DNA of 64,000 nt from an uncultured delta proteobacterium. GTDB taxonomy: Bacteria; Myxococcota; Myxococcia; Myxococcales; Myxococcaceae. The stretch spans positions 96,001-160,000 of the forward strand of contig CAVQKE010000007.1 in NCBI GenBank assembly GCA_963713045.1, written 5' to 3'. The notes below the pieces were generated by a model that made no database searches, was not told the DNA's origin, and saw only the letters and a program-made list of their open reading frames with translations. A program made the position numbers and the translations under genes. Below, one piece after another: positions 30,801 to 38,747 of the stretch; position 1 is the first letter of the stretch, and each line of letters starts with the position of its first letter.

Positions 30801-32438
30801 CATGGCGTCAGCATCTTCGGCCGCGCGTCGGGCGGCAGAACGGAGTCCGGCGTCAGCGGGGGACAGGCGCAGCGCACGGGACAGCGCGGCGAAGGCCAGC
30901 TCGGGCTGACGCAGGTGGTGCAGGTGGACGTGCGCCGCCTGCTGAAGCGCCAGCACGCGCTCGGTGGGGTCCTTCGTCAGCTCGGCAACGACTTCCAGCA
31001 CGCCGACCAGCTTGCGATGTTCCTTGACGGCCTCGTAAGCCGGCACCAGGGCCCGAGCCGCCTCTTCCCGACGGGCGGGCTCTTCCAGGAGAACCTCCAG
31101 CGCAGCCAGGGCCTCAGCGTCGGTCGGTTTCCTGTGAAGGATGGTTGCGTACGTCTTGACGGCATCGGCACCGCTGGCCAAACGCACCTCCACGGTTTCT
31201 GCGGGCGGCGCCGCCTCGGGCTGCACCGGCGGGGCGGCAAGGGACGGCTGAGGGGATGGTAGCAGATGCGACCCGTCTGCTCCGGTATCCGGCGGCGCCA
31301 GCGCAAAAGGGACGGGGGTGGGGGGGCCGGGGCGGGAGGTCCAGACCTGCGCCTCCGGCGCGGCGTCCAGGGAGGCGCCCGCGGGAGGCAACAGCTGGAC
31401 GGACGGCGGACGTGGGCCTGGAGGGGAGGTGCGCTGTGGACTCACCACGTTGCGGCTCCAGGTCCGCAGCACGGCCGCTTCCCGGGAGCGGCCACTGGCC
31501 TCGAGGCGCTCGGCCAGCGAGGCGTAGGCCTGCAGCGCCTCGGTGGTGCCTCCACTTTCCAGAAGCAGCTCAGCCGCCAGGCTGACGGCGTCCGCCCGGG
31601 CCGGGTCCGCGGCGGTGGCCTGGCGGAAGTCCGCCAGCGCGCCCGGGGCATCGCGCAGGCGGCTGAGGCGGAGTGTGCCAGCCCGCACCCACAACTCCGC
31701 CTGCGCCGTCGGTTCGGGCACATCCCTCGCCATCTGCTCCAAGACCGTGGCGAAGCTGGCCCAATCCTCGGTGCGCTCGGCCATCCGCTCTAAAAAGCGC
31801 AGGCCGCCCGGCATGGCGGGCCACAGCACGAAGCAGCGGTCGAGGGCCTCCTTGACGCGGGCCGAGCCGCCCGGGTCGTACCAGGAGAAGAGGCGCGCCA
31901 CCGCCAGGGAAAGCTCCGCGGCCTGCACCGCTTCTTGCTCTGCCAAGGAGGCGGCCCACAGCGCTGCTGCTCGCTCCCGCCAGCCCGCGTCCAGGGCGGC
32001 CAGCGCTTCTTCGACGCCGGCCGCGCGCTGGCTGTCCTTGTGGAGGAGCTGCGCCCAGTGCAGCGCCGTCCGGGCAAGCTGATGTTCCGTGGGGTCGTCC
32101 ACCAGCGCCTCGGCCAGGGCGAGGTAATCCTCTCCCAGGCCGGCACCGCCGCGCTGCTCGCGCTCGCGCTCCAGCGAGGTGAAGACGGCGCGGTAGCGGC
32201 GTTGCGCAAAAAGCTCGCGCCGCAGCTGCTGAAGCAGCGAGGCGTCCTCCGGGTCGGCGCGGGTGGCCTGCTGGAAGCAAAGAATGGCGCGGTCCCGACG
32301 GCCCAGCTTTCCGCCATACACCTCAGCCGCTTCCAGGAAGAAGGCAGCGGCCGCCGAGCCTCGCGTCCGTACGGCACGCTGCAGCAGGGCCTCGGCCTCC
32401 TCCTCAAAGGAACGCTGAGCGCGGGATGTGGGCTCCAT
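21900..32438 (-). CDS. gltI: Giant TPR gliding motility protein GltI (AgmK)
   Basis: 3512-aa TPR-repeat ORF immediately upstream of gltJ. Confidence 0.82.
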   Translation of the reverse strand: MEPTSRAQRSFEEEAEALLQRAVRTRGSAAAAFFLEAAEVYGGKLGRRDRAILCFQQATRADPEDASLLQQLRRELFAQRRYRAVFTSLEREREQRGGAGLGEDYLALAEALVDDPTEHQLARTALHWAQLLHKDSQRAAGVEEALAALDAGWRERAAALWAASLAEQEAVQAAELSLAVARLFSWYDPGGSARVKEALDRCFVLWPAMPGGLRFLERMAERTEDWASFATVLEQMARDVPEPTAQAELWVRAGTLRLSRLRDAPGALADFRQATAADPARADAVSLAAELLLESGGTTEALQAYASLAERLEASGRSREAAVLRTWSRNVVSPQRTSPPGPRPPSVQLLPPAGASLDAAPEAQVWTSRPGPPTPVPFALAPPDTGADGSHLLPSPQPSLAAPPVQPEAAPPAETVEVRLASGADAVKTYATILHRKPTDAEALAALEVLLEEPARREEAARALVPAYEAVKEHRKLVGVLEVVAELTKDPTERVLALQQAAHVHLHHLRQPELAFAALSRALRLSPADAGLRSAARRAAEDADAMDGFATVLTELVGTADSAPVRAALLRELADVQEKKLDDRAGAVAHLEALLAIEPASVDALRALQRLHRAGEQWAGLAKVLDTLASVVKEPAERVALWREAALLQESKLADRETASVFWRRVAEADPLNREAVTALDRLYLELGKDEGLAFALELRRAQEGQSPQGREATFRLAQLRREKLRDTAGALQLLEAVLVEDPGHQPSRDLLEAWARSQEAEGATALEILDPVLARTGDHQRRVHIREARMADALTDEKVRLARELRGILERDLAAPDRAFEAAAEAFRTGVDRPAARADLERLARTSGSYEQLAQVYEALAAKLHEPEAVDVLRRAAELREHLGLSDFAIRDWQALLAAAPQDRQALDALGRLFELSRNAKELAEITLKKAKLAGAPAERRALLMRAGASLESAGEEARAIDAFKEALALDRGVDGLEALDRLYGKAKDLDAQGDILAQLVQATSGDVRRGYLLRRAQLLEKQGDLAPAVAGYAQLLDGAPSDPNAVAGLERLLASEAVRQEAARVLEKVYRSLNDARHLVDVLEIRIPVSNPTQRLALLEEVATLRESLGQKEFAFAARARILAEAPENPASREQLERLAAECGAFEELAAAYEDQLERGVTNATSTELWRRLAHLYSDRLERPELAVKAYEELSRREPKNLDVLAALARLHQRQHDWHALSGVMKRQVMADPSPARQMELLAELGTLAEESLADRQLAAQAYGEILARKPDDAAAIRALGKVLTESERWPELASLITREIELAQAGQRPEEMFDLMVRLGRLRLARLDDPRGALATFEDVLRQRQGHAGAIGALEEMARSQSPLRGEAAEALEPIFTAGGDHLRLVQVLEARAATEPKAEDRAALLRKVGKLYAGPMQNPELAFVAAARALRELPDEEPSLALAVGLAERAPAHEELAALLEEVLPRASSDAARIGITRALAQAQQSLGRTEEAVHAWERLLEAVPADAEALGGLERLHGQAGRPAEVLEVLRRQLAAAQDPGTKTALLLRMANLQDKTLQDPVGALATLRRLLELKPDDPEALERMDVLCTRTERWPEVADVLARRAATADGGAALQLKARLAEVRERRLLDKFGALELYRDVLTVEPRHALALPRVEELVQRDPQNKAAAEVLLDAYRAGGAGARLAQALEARVAVSPDPFERKALLVELATVRESAREMGPAFLALWRAFKEDPNDAALRERLDKLADISNSHEELAALYEEALPRIAEGAEAAQVSFRLGELFEQRLADPAKAIPSYERARTLDPSLAVPALQALVRLYAAISRPDRLAGALDELEKRTADPTEKVQLLLRLVQVAQVDLEDSPRAIDAGERVLALDPKNVLAARQLEPLYEASGRQDRLFATLRIQRDLAKGAERERILAKMVKVSAEGLSDLEASIELYSELHARNPRSDQAFTALEQALEKAERWEDLRALLVSRRAQVSEPLEQVHLDERVGTLLYRNLGRPEEAVAPLRLALERDARNRNALETLRDVLAELGRRDDLVVVLRRLIPLQDDAAGVKSIRLRMAEVLAEMQRREEALDAARRALEVEPHTIPELDRVRQVFVTLRAFGDAVRALELKADVYHRLEERDQVVATLFEMADLWTGPGGKPESAAPVLERLLDVDPANRTAYERLLALYAEVNDWRAHAQLVDRYLPNLVTDEEKTRALRDLGKVREQKLGQKDSAFLALCRALQLDPSDDALREDVERLAEETGSYEELAAVYEQVADELPRGPLVTRLYLVLARVQDKNLDDAGAAEAALRKILEFDPTNTSALDTLASTFARRGRHREYIVALEQKLEAAPSIEARKQILREISRTYVEQLSNIDEAASALTRALDLEPDTETLAELAKLYRDQHMWGDLAATLSRARDLAPSLEERARIQVEVAQVQERDIGDEEAAVEAYREALELDPQNREAVDALERLYTRLTRPADLLAVYERQLELTEDYRAKVHILFRSAAIWEDTYQNAANADACVEGILTLDPTNLQAIKTLERLRLAQGRWEDLVAVLERHIQLATEVQEQADLYVQVGDVFRDQLRRADRAVDAYQAALQVDPTHRPAMHALGLLYERSGNWPFALDVLHQESQLLGRSPEAVELFHRMGKINEDMLQDVGTAKGWYAEALRVNPDHVATLRALRGIHESEGDWNAYEAVLTAEARAAEDPAEKAQAELALARFYSERREDVAAATHWYEEATRHQPDLLDAALPLADLYIAREAWDRAEAMLEVVVRQLRTRAAAEPEGGADKELCRQVYRLGYVAEKLGQRDVALEHYEQAYQLDATYLPALEGYAHLLVQAQRHEQALKVLQTILIHHREDLTDLEVVEVYWQIGEVHTALNQPDRAQNNFEKALAIDPGHEPTLRALIALADANAQWERSVEYRHSLLQSLDGDAKAEAALELGKLARERLKDAHTAIDAYVQAHRLRPDDVDIMDALYMLYRETRQPQKAAEILERMLQTPAMQADPQRAKRVWYALGESYRDDVKDVARAVDAFNAALELDPRFVEAFGAIEQLLSSEKQWKSLEENYARMIQRLPKTDDTHAARMVLWRTLGDLYHQVLKQPQEALMAFQVAAAGLPDDATVQETYGDLLSKTPGSEDKAVAAYRRAISGTQNPRKVVSALAELAAKRKDYDGAWMAAQVVSGLLGDPGSAEKEILTKLGPYAKKREIPQRGLTERLWTGQLFHPKLRTPVAEIFGLLFQHAGHLFATSLSQVGINPKRHRIDVSTAPEYQIHHYRSVAKLLGMEAVELFSPFLIATRDKLAKRTSEPAPEPLVGIEICQTHPVSLKVGGRFFGELGKDSQRDTYALLGRTLAGLRPEVALAQRLLPEQLDAVFQAALALAGFSWRWTAPHAVIEAERQKLEPALPDSARVALARAAQEVLRRGNTDTLKEYLEGAELTGVRCALFVAGDVEPVKRLVQGETGSAFRIPGKTKIREVMAFAVSEDLATLRAAVGTAVEVPSRK

Positions 32439-32545
32439 CGGCGGTGCGAAGCGGGTGCCCCACAGGAGGCTCTCCGGGCCCAGCGTGGCCGAGAGGGCCC
32501 TCTCCGGGCGCGGGCGGGCAGTCTACCGTCCGCGGATTTGTTCAA

Positions 32546-34345
32546 TCAAACAGCCGGTGTGGTCCCGTTGGCCGTTTCCGCTTCGGGTGCGCCGTCGGTG
32601 TGTGCATCCTCCGCAGGCGGCGGCGGTGGCACGGACGGCGGCGTCGCCTCCAGCCGCTCCGCGGCCGCGTCATCCCCAGCGCGGCGGTACAGGCGAATGG
32701 CCTGGTCGCGGTGCCCTGAAGCCTCGGCAAAGGCAGCCGCCTTGGCGAAGTCGCCCAGGGCTTCCAGCAGGGGGTAAGCGCGGTCCTTGCGTTCGGCCTC
32801 CTCCCAGGCGACTGCCGCTTCGGCCTTGCGTCCAAGCAAGTCCAACCAGCGCGCCTGAGGGGACAGCTTGCCCTCCGTCTTGGCCGTGGCCAGTTCGGCC
32901 TCTGCCAGCGCCCGGGCCTCCTCCTTCAGCTTCAGCTGTTCCAGAAAGCGGAAGGCCTTGGTGGCGGGCAGGGCCTTCAACACCTCGGCCGCCTCCGCCC
33001 GGCGGTGGCTTTGGACCAGCACTTGCGCCGCACCCAGGCGGTCGCCGCGCTCCACCAGGCGCTGGACTTCCAGCGCCCGCACGCGCTCAGCGCCCGCCGT
33101 GTCGCGGGCCCTTTCATACGCCTTGCGGGCCAGCCCCAGCTTCCCGGCGCGCTCCCAGGCCAGGGCGGCCTGGTCGAATTGGCGCGCCCTTTCATACAGC
33201 TTGGCGACGTCGTCGAAGGCATGGCCCTTGACAAGCAACTCCATCAACAATTCCCAAGCCTCGGCGCGCTCCAGCTGGGCACGGGCTTCGGCGGCGGGCA
33301 TCGCCTGGGCCAAGCGGCGCGCCGCCTCCATGTCCTTGGCGGCCAGTGCGGCGCGCAGCGCGCCCTTGGTGTCTCCGCCCGCTTCGTACAGCTTCAGGGC
33401 TTCGGAGGGCTCGCCGTGCTTTTCGTAGAAGTGGGCTGCGTCGCGGGTGCGGCCACGGCTGGCCATGGCTTGCGCCTGCGCCTTCCAGTCGCCGGGGGCA
33501 ATGGGGGCTTGGGGGGCGTGCCGGGACGCGGTGCTTGGGACGCGCGGGGCCCGCGCCTCGCGGCCCTTGCGAATGCCCCGGGCTGCGCTGGGGACACGGG
33601 CCGCTTCTGGCTTGGCCAGTGGGGCCTCGGCCTGGGCCAATTCCTCAGCGGAGGGCGTCCTGCCGGCCAGGCTGAAGGCAGCCTCGGCCCGCTCGGCTTC
33701 GTGCACGGCCAGCCAAGCCAGCCCCACCCGGTACAGGACGTCCGCATAGCGCTGGGCTGCCGTCACCTGCGGCGCGGGGGGGGGCGCCTCGCTGGGTGCC
33801 GCCGCTTCCGGTGCCGCGGTCGCTTCATTGGACGGCGCGGCCGACGCCTCAGCCGGGTCCGCCTCTGCAGGCGCCTCGGCCTCGGGGGGCGCGGGTGTCT
33901 CCTCGGCGGTGGCCTCGGCCGGCGTCTCGGCTTCGGAAGCGGGCGGTGCCTCGGACGAAACCGCAGCCGGTGCCTCATCGCCGGCGGGGGTTTCCGCCGC
34001 TGCGGGGGCTGCCGTCGCCTCCGCAGAAGCCTTGGGCTGACGGCTGACCCTCAGAAGGGTGGTGATGAGGCGTCCCCGGGCATTGGCCTCCAACTCCGCC
34101 AGGGCCCGGACGTGCAGCGTCCGCAGCTGACGGACGACTTCGTCCAAAGGCCGCAGTTGCCCTTCCAAGTCCCCCTTGCCGAGGGCCTTTTCTATATTGG
34201 ACAGCTCGACAACGACGCGGTGGCCGCCGCCGGCCGGGGCACGTTCATCCCGTCGGCCCTTGCCTGCTGGCCGGCCGTCGCGGCCGCGGTCGCGTTCGCC
34301 GCCGCGCGGGCCCCGGCTGGGGCCCTGTGGTACGTGAGAAGTCAC
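32546..34345 (-). CDS. Hypothetical helical-repeat protein within the glt cluster
   Basis: About 600 aa, Ala/Glu/Pro linker, TPR/clathrin-like repeats; GTG start is inferred. Confidence 0.72.
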   Translation of the reverse strand: MTSHVPQGPSRGPRGGERDRGRDGRPAGKGRRDERAPAGGGHRVVVELSNIEKALGKGDLEGQLRPLDEVVRQLRTLHVRALAELEANARGRLITTLLRVSRQPKASAEATAAPAAAETPAGDEAPAAVSSEAPPASEAETPAEATAEETPAPPEAEAPAEADPAEASAAPSNEATAAPEAAAPSEAPPPAPQVTAAQRYADVLYRVGLAWLAVHEAERAEAAFSLAGRTPSAEELAQAEAPLAKPEAARVPSAARGIRKGREARAPRVPSTASRHAPQAPIAPGDWKAQAQAMASRGRTRDAAHFYEKHGEPSEALKLYEAGGDTKGALRAALAAKDMEAARRLAQAMPAAEARAQLERAEAWELLMELLVKGHAFDDVAKLYERARQFDQAALAWERAGKLGLARKAYERARDTAGAERVRALEVQRLVERGDRLGAAQVLVQSHRRAEAAEVLKALPATKAFRFLEQLKLKEEARALAEAELATAKTEGKLSPQARWLDLLGRKAEAAVAWEEAERKDRAYPLLEALGDFAKAAAFAEASGHRDQAIRLYRRAGDDAAAERLEATPPSVPPPPPAEDAHTDGAPEAETANGTTPAV

Positions 34346-34485
34346 TGCCTGGCCCCTGGTTTCGCCTGCAAAGGGGGCAGCACATAGCAGCCTCGGGCGG
34401 CGGAGGGCCAGCTTCCTTAGTCCGTTCCTTAGTCCGTCCGTCGGCCGGGGGCGCCGCGCACAGCCCGGGGAAAGCCCTGGGCCCT

Positions 34486-35145
34486 TTAGAAGGCGTAGCG
34501 GATGTTGGGCGTCACCTGGAAGCCCCACTCGTCGCTTTTGCCGAGGAAGGTGCCGTCCACTTCGATGCCAATGCTGAAGTGCCGCAGGTGCGTGTAGTAC
34601 TGCACGCCTAAGCCGGCGAAGGCGTACAGCGCCGAATAAGAAGACGTCGCCGGGGTGGGGGTAAACAGTGCAGTCGGTTGGAAGAAGGCCCAGCCGGCGC
34701 CCGCCTTCAGGTAAAGCCACGTCCGCTGGACGCCTTGGGAGTCGGCGAAGCCGAGGAAATTGACGCGAACGTCGAGGCCGGGAATCAGCTGGGTGAAGGC
34801 CCCGGAGGCCACGCCGTTGGAAAAGCCGATGTAGTCCGAGCCGGCACCGTAGGCGGCAAAGGCCCCAAACAGGGCCACCGTCACGTAGCGGCCAATGTCA
34901 TAGCCCGCTTCCAGCCGCAGCATCAGCCCCCAGGAGGAGGGGGAAGGCGTTCCCGGGGCGGCCGGCAAACCGCCGAGGAAGGACACCCCCACATCGGCGC
35001 CCAGGTAGAAGCCGCGCTCCACTTCGTCAACCGGCGCTTCCTTTTCGATGAGGGGGGCCGCGCCAGCGGCCTGGCTCTGGGCCAATGCCGCCGTTGGCGC
35101 AATCGCCCCGAGCAGCGCCACACCGAAGAGCAGCGTTCGACGCAT
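34486..35145 (-). CDS. gltH: Outer-membrane beta-barrel gliding protein GltH (CglE)
   Basis: Signal peptide, amphipathic beta strands, terminal IRYAF, YYTHLRHFSIG; follows gltG. Confidence 0.82.
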   Translation of the reverse strand: MRRTLLFGVALLGAIAPTAALAQSQAAGAAPLIEKEAPVDEVERGFYLGADVGVSFLGGLPAAPGTPSPSSWGLMLRLEAGYDIGRYVTVALFGAFAAYGAGSDYIGFSNGVASGAFTQLIPGLDVRVNFLGFADSQGVQRTWLYLKAGAGWAFFQPTALFTPTPATSSYSALYAFAGLGVQYYTHLRHFSIGIEVDGTFLGKSDEWGFQVTPNIRYAF

Positions 35146-35164
35146 CCAGAACTCTCCCACCGGC

Positions 35165-37090
35165 TTACGCCCCGGGTTCCTTGAAGACGAACGGGTACGT
35201 CACCACCGCCACCCCGCCGCCCTTGGGCTTGGGGAACACCCAGGTCAGGACTCGGCCAGCGACGCAGGTATCCAACTCGTTGTTGCCGGTGGTGGTTTGG
35301 ATGACAACCGAGGAGGAGACGGTGCCCTGTTCCGTCACCACCCACTTCACCGCCACCTTTCCGGACAGCCTGGGGTTTTTGGTGAGCTGCACTTCATAGC
35401 AGTACTTCAGCTGGTCGAGGTGGCTGCGCACCACGCGGCGGATGAGTTCGCGGTCGATGGAGCCGGTAATTTCCGGCTCGCTGGCGGCGATGGCGATGTC
35501 GGCCGTCTTCTTACCGCCGAGGCCGACGCCGGTGCCGTAGCTGCCTTGCCCGCCCGCCACGCCCTTGGTGCCGACGGACCCGATGCCCAGGGTGTTGCCG
35601 GTGCCGCCGCCCCCACCGCCGCCGCCCTTCAATCCCATGCCCAACACGCCCCCCGCGTCCCCGACGGTGGTGCCTTTGATGCCGCCCAGGGCCGCCTGCA
35701 GTGCTCCGCCCAACCCATTGGTCCCAAAGAGGGTGGCCACACCGTTGGGGCCTTTGCCGCCGAAAATCTTCTGGGCAATGAGGCGAGCCTGGTCCTTGCT
35801 GTTGGGGTCAATGGCCTTGGGCGCTGACTTGGTGTTGCGCTCGGGCGCATTGCGGCGGCCCGACTTGCCCTCGTCACCCTTGTAGGCAGCCGCGGCCTGA
35901 GCGCCGGCCTCCTTCGACTTGTTGAGCTGCTGGATGAGCGGGTTCTTCTGCATCTCCGGCGGCTTAATCAACAGCTTGGTGAGGACGGCGTTGTCGGCGG
36001 AAAGTTCGTCGGCATATTCATCGCCGGCGGCGGCACGGTTGAGGGTCGCCACCAACCCGACCGCGCCGAGGAAGAAGACCAGCAGGAAAATGTTGAGGGC
36101 CGTCCAGTCGACGCGCTGCGACCAGGGGACCGCCACCTTTTCCGGAACCGGCGTGAAGCACACGTCCAGGACGAGGCGGCCGACCTGCACCCGGGCCACG
36201 TCGCTGTTTTCCATGGGGATGGCGTAGGCCTCGCCATCCCGATGGGCGATGCCCTGTTCCGGCGTTCGAGAGAGGGGGACAGCTTGCCCCTTGCGCTCCA
36301 GCTCCCCGGCCATTTTTCCGCCGAAGCGTAAGACGAAATTCTGTCCGTCACCCTTCACCACGTCGAAGGGGTCGACCGGAAGGGATGCCTCCCCGACGTC
36401 GAAAGTGGCCGCTGGCGAGCTGCCGACGCTGATGGCCCCTTTGAAGCCTGGTTGCAGGTACCTCTCACCGAGAATTTGGTCTCCCCAGCGCAGCCGGACC
36501 TCCAGCCCCAGGGGGCCAGTCCCGGCGCGCCGGGAGGGCTGCAGTCGGGCGTCGGCGCGCGCTGCTGGTGTCGGTGCCGCCCGTGGGACGGCGCGGGCCG
36601 GCTGCACAGGCTCGCGGACGACGGGCCGGCGCGCTTCCACCGGCTCCACCACCGGAGGCTGCACATAGGACTGGGCCGGGACAGCGGCCGACTGGGCCAG
36701 TGTCGCGGCGGCGGTGGCCCGGACGGCGTCTGCCGTCGGGGGTGGCGGGGCCGGGCGGGACACCGCTTGGGGAGGCGAGGCGGTAACCGGGGCGGGCGTC
36801 TCGATGCGGATGGTGGTGTTGCCGAGGCGAATCTCATCCCCGAAGGCGATGGCGCCCTTGTTCACCCGCTTGCCGTTGACGTAGGTGCCTTCGACGCTGC
36901 CCATGTCGATGATGGACAGCCGGCCGTCGGGCGCCACTTCAATGACCGAGTGGATGCGCGACACCTTGTCATCATCCAGACAGAGGTGGGCCGAGGCGAG
37001 TCGGCCGATTTTGATGATGTCGCGGTCGTAGTCCCGCGAGGCGACCAAGGCGCCGCTCTTGAAGACCTTGAGGGTGAGAGGGACGGGCAC
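35165..37090 (-). CDS. gltG: Gliding motility protein GltG (PglI)
   Basis: FHA domain (IKIGRL, VSRIH, DMGSVEGTYVNG), single TM, Gly-rich region, TonB-C-like C-terminus. Confidence 0.9.
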   Translation of the reverse strand: MPVPLTLKVFKSGALVASRDYDRDIIKIGRLASAHLCLDDDKVSRIHSVIEVAPDGRLSIIDMGSVEGTYVNGKRVNKGAIAFGDEIRLGNTTIRIETPAPVTASPPQAVSRPAPPPPTADAVRATAAATLAQSAAVPAQSYVQPPVVEPVEARRPVVREPVQPARAVPRAAPTPAARADARLQPSRRAGTGPLGLEVRLRWGDQILGERYLQPGFKGAISVGSSPAATFDVGEASLPVDPFDVVKGDGQNFVLRFGGKMAGELERKGQAVPLSRTPEQGIAHRDGEAYAIPMENSDVARVQVGRLVLDVCFTPVPEKVAVPWSQRVDWTALNIFLLVFFLGAVGLVATLNRAAAGDEYADELSADNAVLTKLLIKPPEMQKNPLIQQLNKSKEAGAQAAAAYKGDEGKSGRRNAPERNTKSAPKAIDPNSKDQARLIAQKIFGGKGPNGVATLFGTNGLGGALQAALGGIKGTTVGDAGGVLGMGLKGGGGGGGGTGNTLGIGSVGTKGVAGGQGSYGTGVGLGGKKTADIAIAASEPEITGSIDRELIRRVVRSHLDQLKYCYEVQLTKNPRLSGKVAVKWVVTEQGTVSSSVVIQTTTGNNELDTCVAGRVLTWVFPKPKGGGVAVVTYPFVFKEPGA

Positions 37091-37104
37091 GGCGCGGGCC
37101 TCTC

Positions 37105-37368
37105 TTACAGCTCGTCCACCGACTGCATCACCTTCTCGTGAAATTCTTCCCGAATTTTGATGAGGTTCGAGTGCTTCACCTTGGACGCGGTGTCGATGTA
37201 TTCGCCGTCAGGGCGCGTCAAGTCACCCTGGATGGTTTCGTCTTCAAAGTTAATCACCGTCTGCTTGGACGCCGCCGAGCCGGTCGAGGCCGGTTCAGCC
37301 GTCTTCGACTCTTGCGCCGCGGCAGTCCCGCCGACAGCAAGCGCAAGCACCAGGAGCCAGTGCCTCAT
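37105..37368 (-). CDS. gltF: Gliding motility protein GltF (CglF)
   Basis: Signal peptide and INFEDETIQGDLTRPDGEY...HSNLIKIREEF. Confidence 0.85.
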   Translation of the reverse strand: MRHWLLVLALAVGGTAAAQESKTAEPASTGSAASKQTVINFEDETIQGDLTRPDGEYIDTASKVKHSNLIKIREEFHEKVMQSVDEL

Positions 37369-37472
37369 GCAGCGTTCCATGCTACCCCAAGAGGTTCCAC
37401 ACTGCCCAAAGCGCTCTCTCATGCCCTTCGCCACATGAGCCTACACAGCCAGGGCCCCCGTGGGGAGTGGAG

Positions 37473-38747
37473 TCAGGGGTGGGCTGGGGCCGCGGGCGCT
37501 GGCTTTGCCGGCGGAGGCGCCGCGGCCGGCGCTGGCATGCGGGCCTGGTCTTCCACGCGGCGGGCCTCGGCCTTGGCGCGCACCATCTGCTCGGCCTCCC
37601 GTCGAAGCGCGGGCAAAGGGGAAGTGTCTGGCACTGCCTGCTCTCCGCCCAACACTTCCACGTAGCGCTTGTACTGTTCCAGTGCGCGGTCCGGAGCGCC
37701 CTTCATCCGCTGCAGCAGAATGCCCCGGTCCAGGTACACCGCCGCCAGACGGCCGTTGAGACGTTCCGCTGCGTCGTAGGCGGCCAGTGCCTTGTCCGCC
37801 TGCCCCAGGCCTTTGTAGGCCACGCCCAGCGCAAGCTCGACTTCGGCCGTCCCTCCTCCGGCCTCGGTGAGGCGCCGCAGCGCATTCTCGGCCGCGGCGT
37901 AGTCCTGCGCGGCCAAGGCGAGGCGGGCCAGTTCCAGGAGCGCCCCGCGCTCGTCCGGCTTCACCTCCAAGGCCTTCTTGAATTGGACGGCGGCTTGGTC
38001 TGGCTGGCCCTCGGCCAGCTGCACTTGGCCGAGCAGCACGTACATCTCGGCATTCTTCTCATCCAGTTTGAGGGCCCGGAGGCCCACCAGCTTGGCCAGG
38101 GAATACTGCTTCCGGTCGAGGTCACTGCGCAGCATCACCTTGTAGGCGGGGATGCTTTTCGGGTCGCGAATCAACGCCTGCCGCGCGTAGTCCAGGCACC
38201 TCTCATGGTCTCCACTCAGCCGGTACAGCTCGGCCAGCGCCACCCGGGAGGGCGCGTCGTCGGGAAATTTCTCGGCGATGTCCGTCCACTGGGCGATGGC
38301 CGACGGGTAGTCGCCCTGTTCTCCGGTGAGGCGGGCCAGGGCCTCGGCGGCCGCCTTCAGCGAGGGCTTCTTGTCCAGCGCCGAACGGTAGAGGAGGAAG
38401 GCCTGCTCGCGCTTGCCCTGGCGTTCGGCCAACACCGCCAGGTTGAAGTCCGCCTCGGCCAGGCGGGGGTCCGCCATCCGGGCGGCGTCATACTTGCGTT
38501 CCAGCGCCGCCGCGTCGGGATGACTGGCCTTGGCTTGGGCGGCGGCGGTTTGGTTGGCGTCGTCAAACAGCGCCAGGGCGTGGCTGCTCAGCCCGCCGTC
38601 GGGTTGCTGGGCCACGCTTCCCGGTGCGGGCGGCGGAGCCTTCGCCGGCGACGTCGCCTCCGGGGCCGGGGGCCCGGACGTGGCGCAGCCGCACAGGGCG
38701 GCCAGGCCCAGCGCCGCCCAAAAGCGCTGAGACAGGGCCCTCGTCAT
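37473..38747 (-). CDS. gltE: TPR lipoprotein GltE (AglT)
   Basis: Lipobox LCGC, TPRs, position between gltD and gltF. Confidence 0.82.
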   Translation of the reverse strand: MTRALSQRFWAALGLAALCGCATSGPPAPEATSPAKAPPPAPGSVAQQPDGGLSSHALALFDDANQTAAAQAKASHPDAAALERKYDAARMADPRLAEADFNLAVLAERQGKREQAFLLYRSALDKKPSLKAAAEALARLTGEQGDYPSAIAQWTDIAEKFPDDAPSRVALAELYRLSGDHERCLDYARQALIRDPKSIPAYKVMLRSDLDRKQYSLAKLVGLRALKLDEKNAEMYVLLGQVQLAEGQPDQAAVQFKKALEVKPDERGALLELARLALAAQDYAAAENALRRLTEAGGGTAEVELALGVAYKGLGQADKALAAYDAAERLNGRLAAVYLDRGILLQRMKGAPDRALEQYKRYVEVLGGEQAVPDTSPLPALRREAEQMVRAKAEARRVEDQARMPAPAAAPPPAKPAPAAPAHP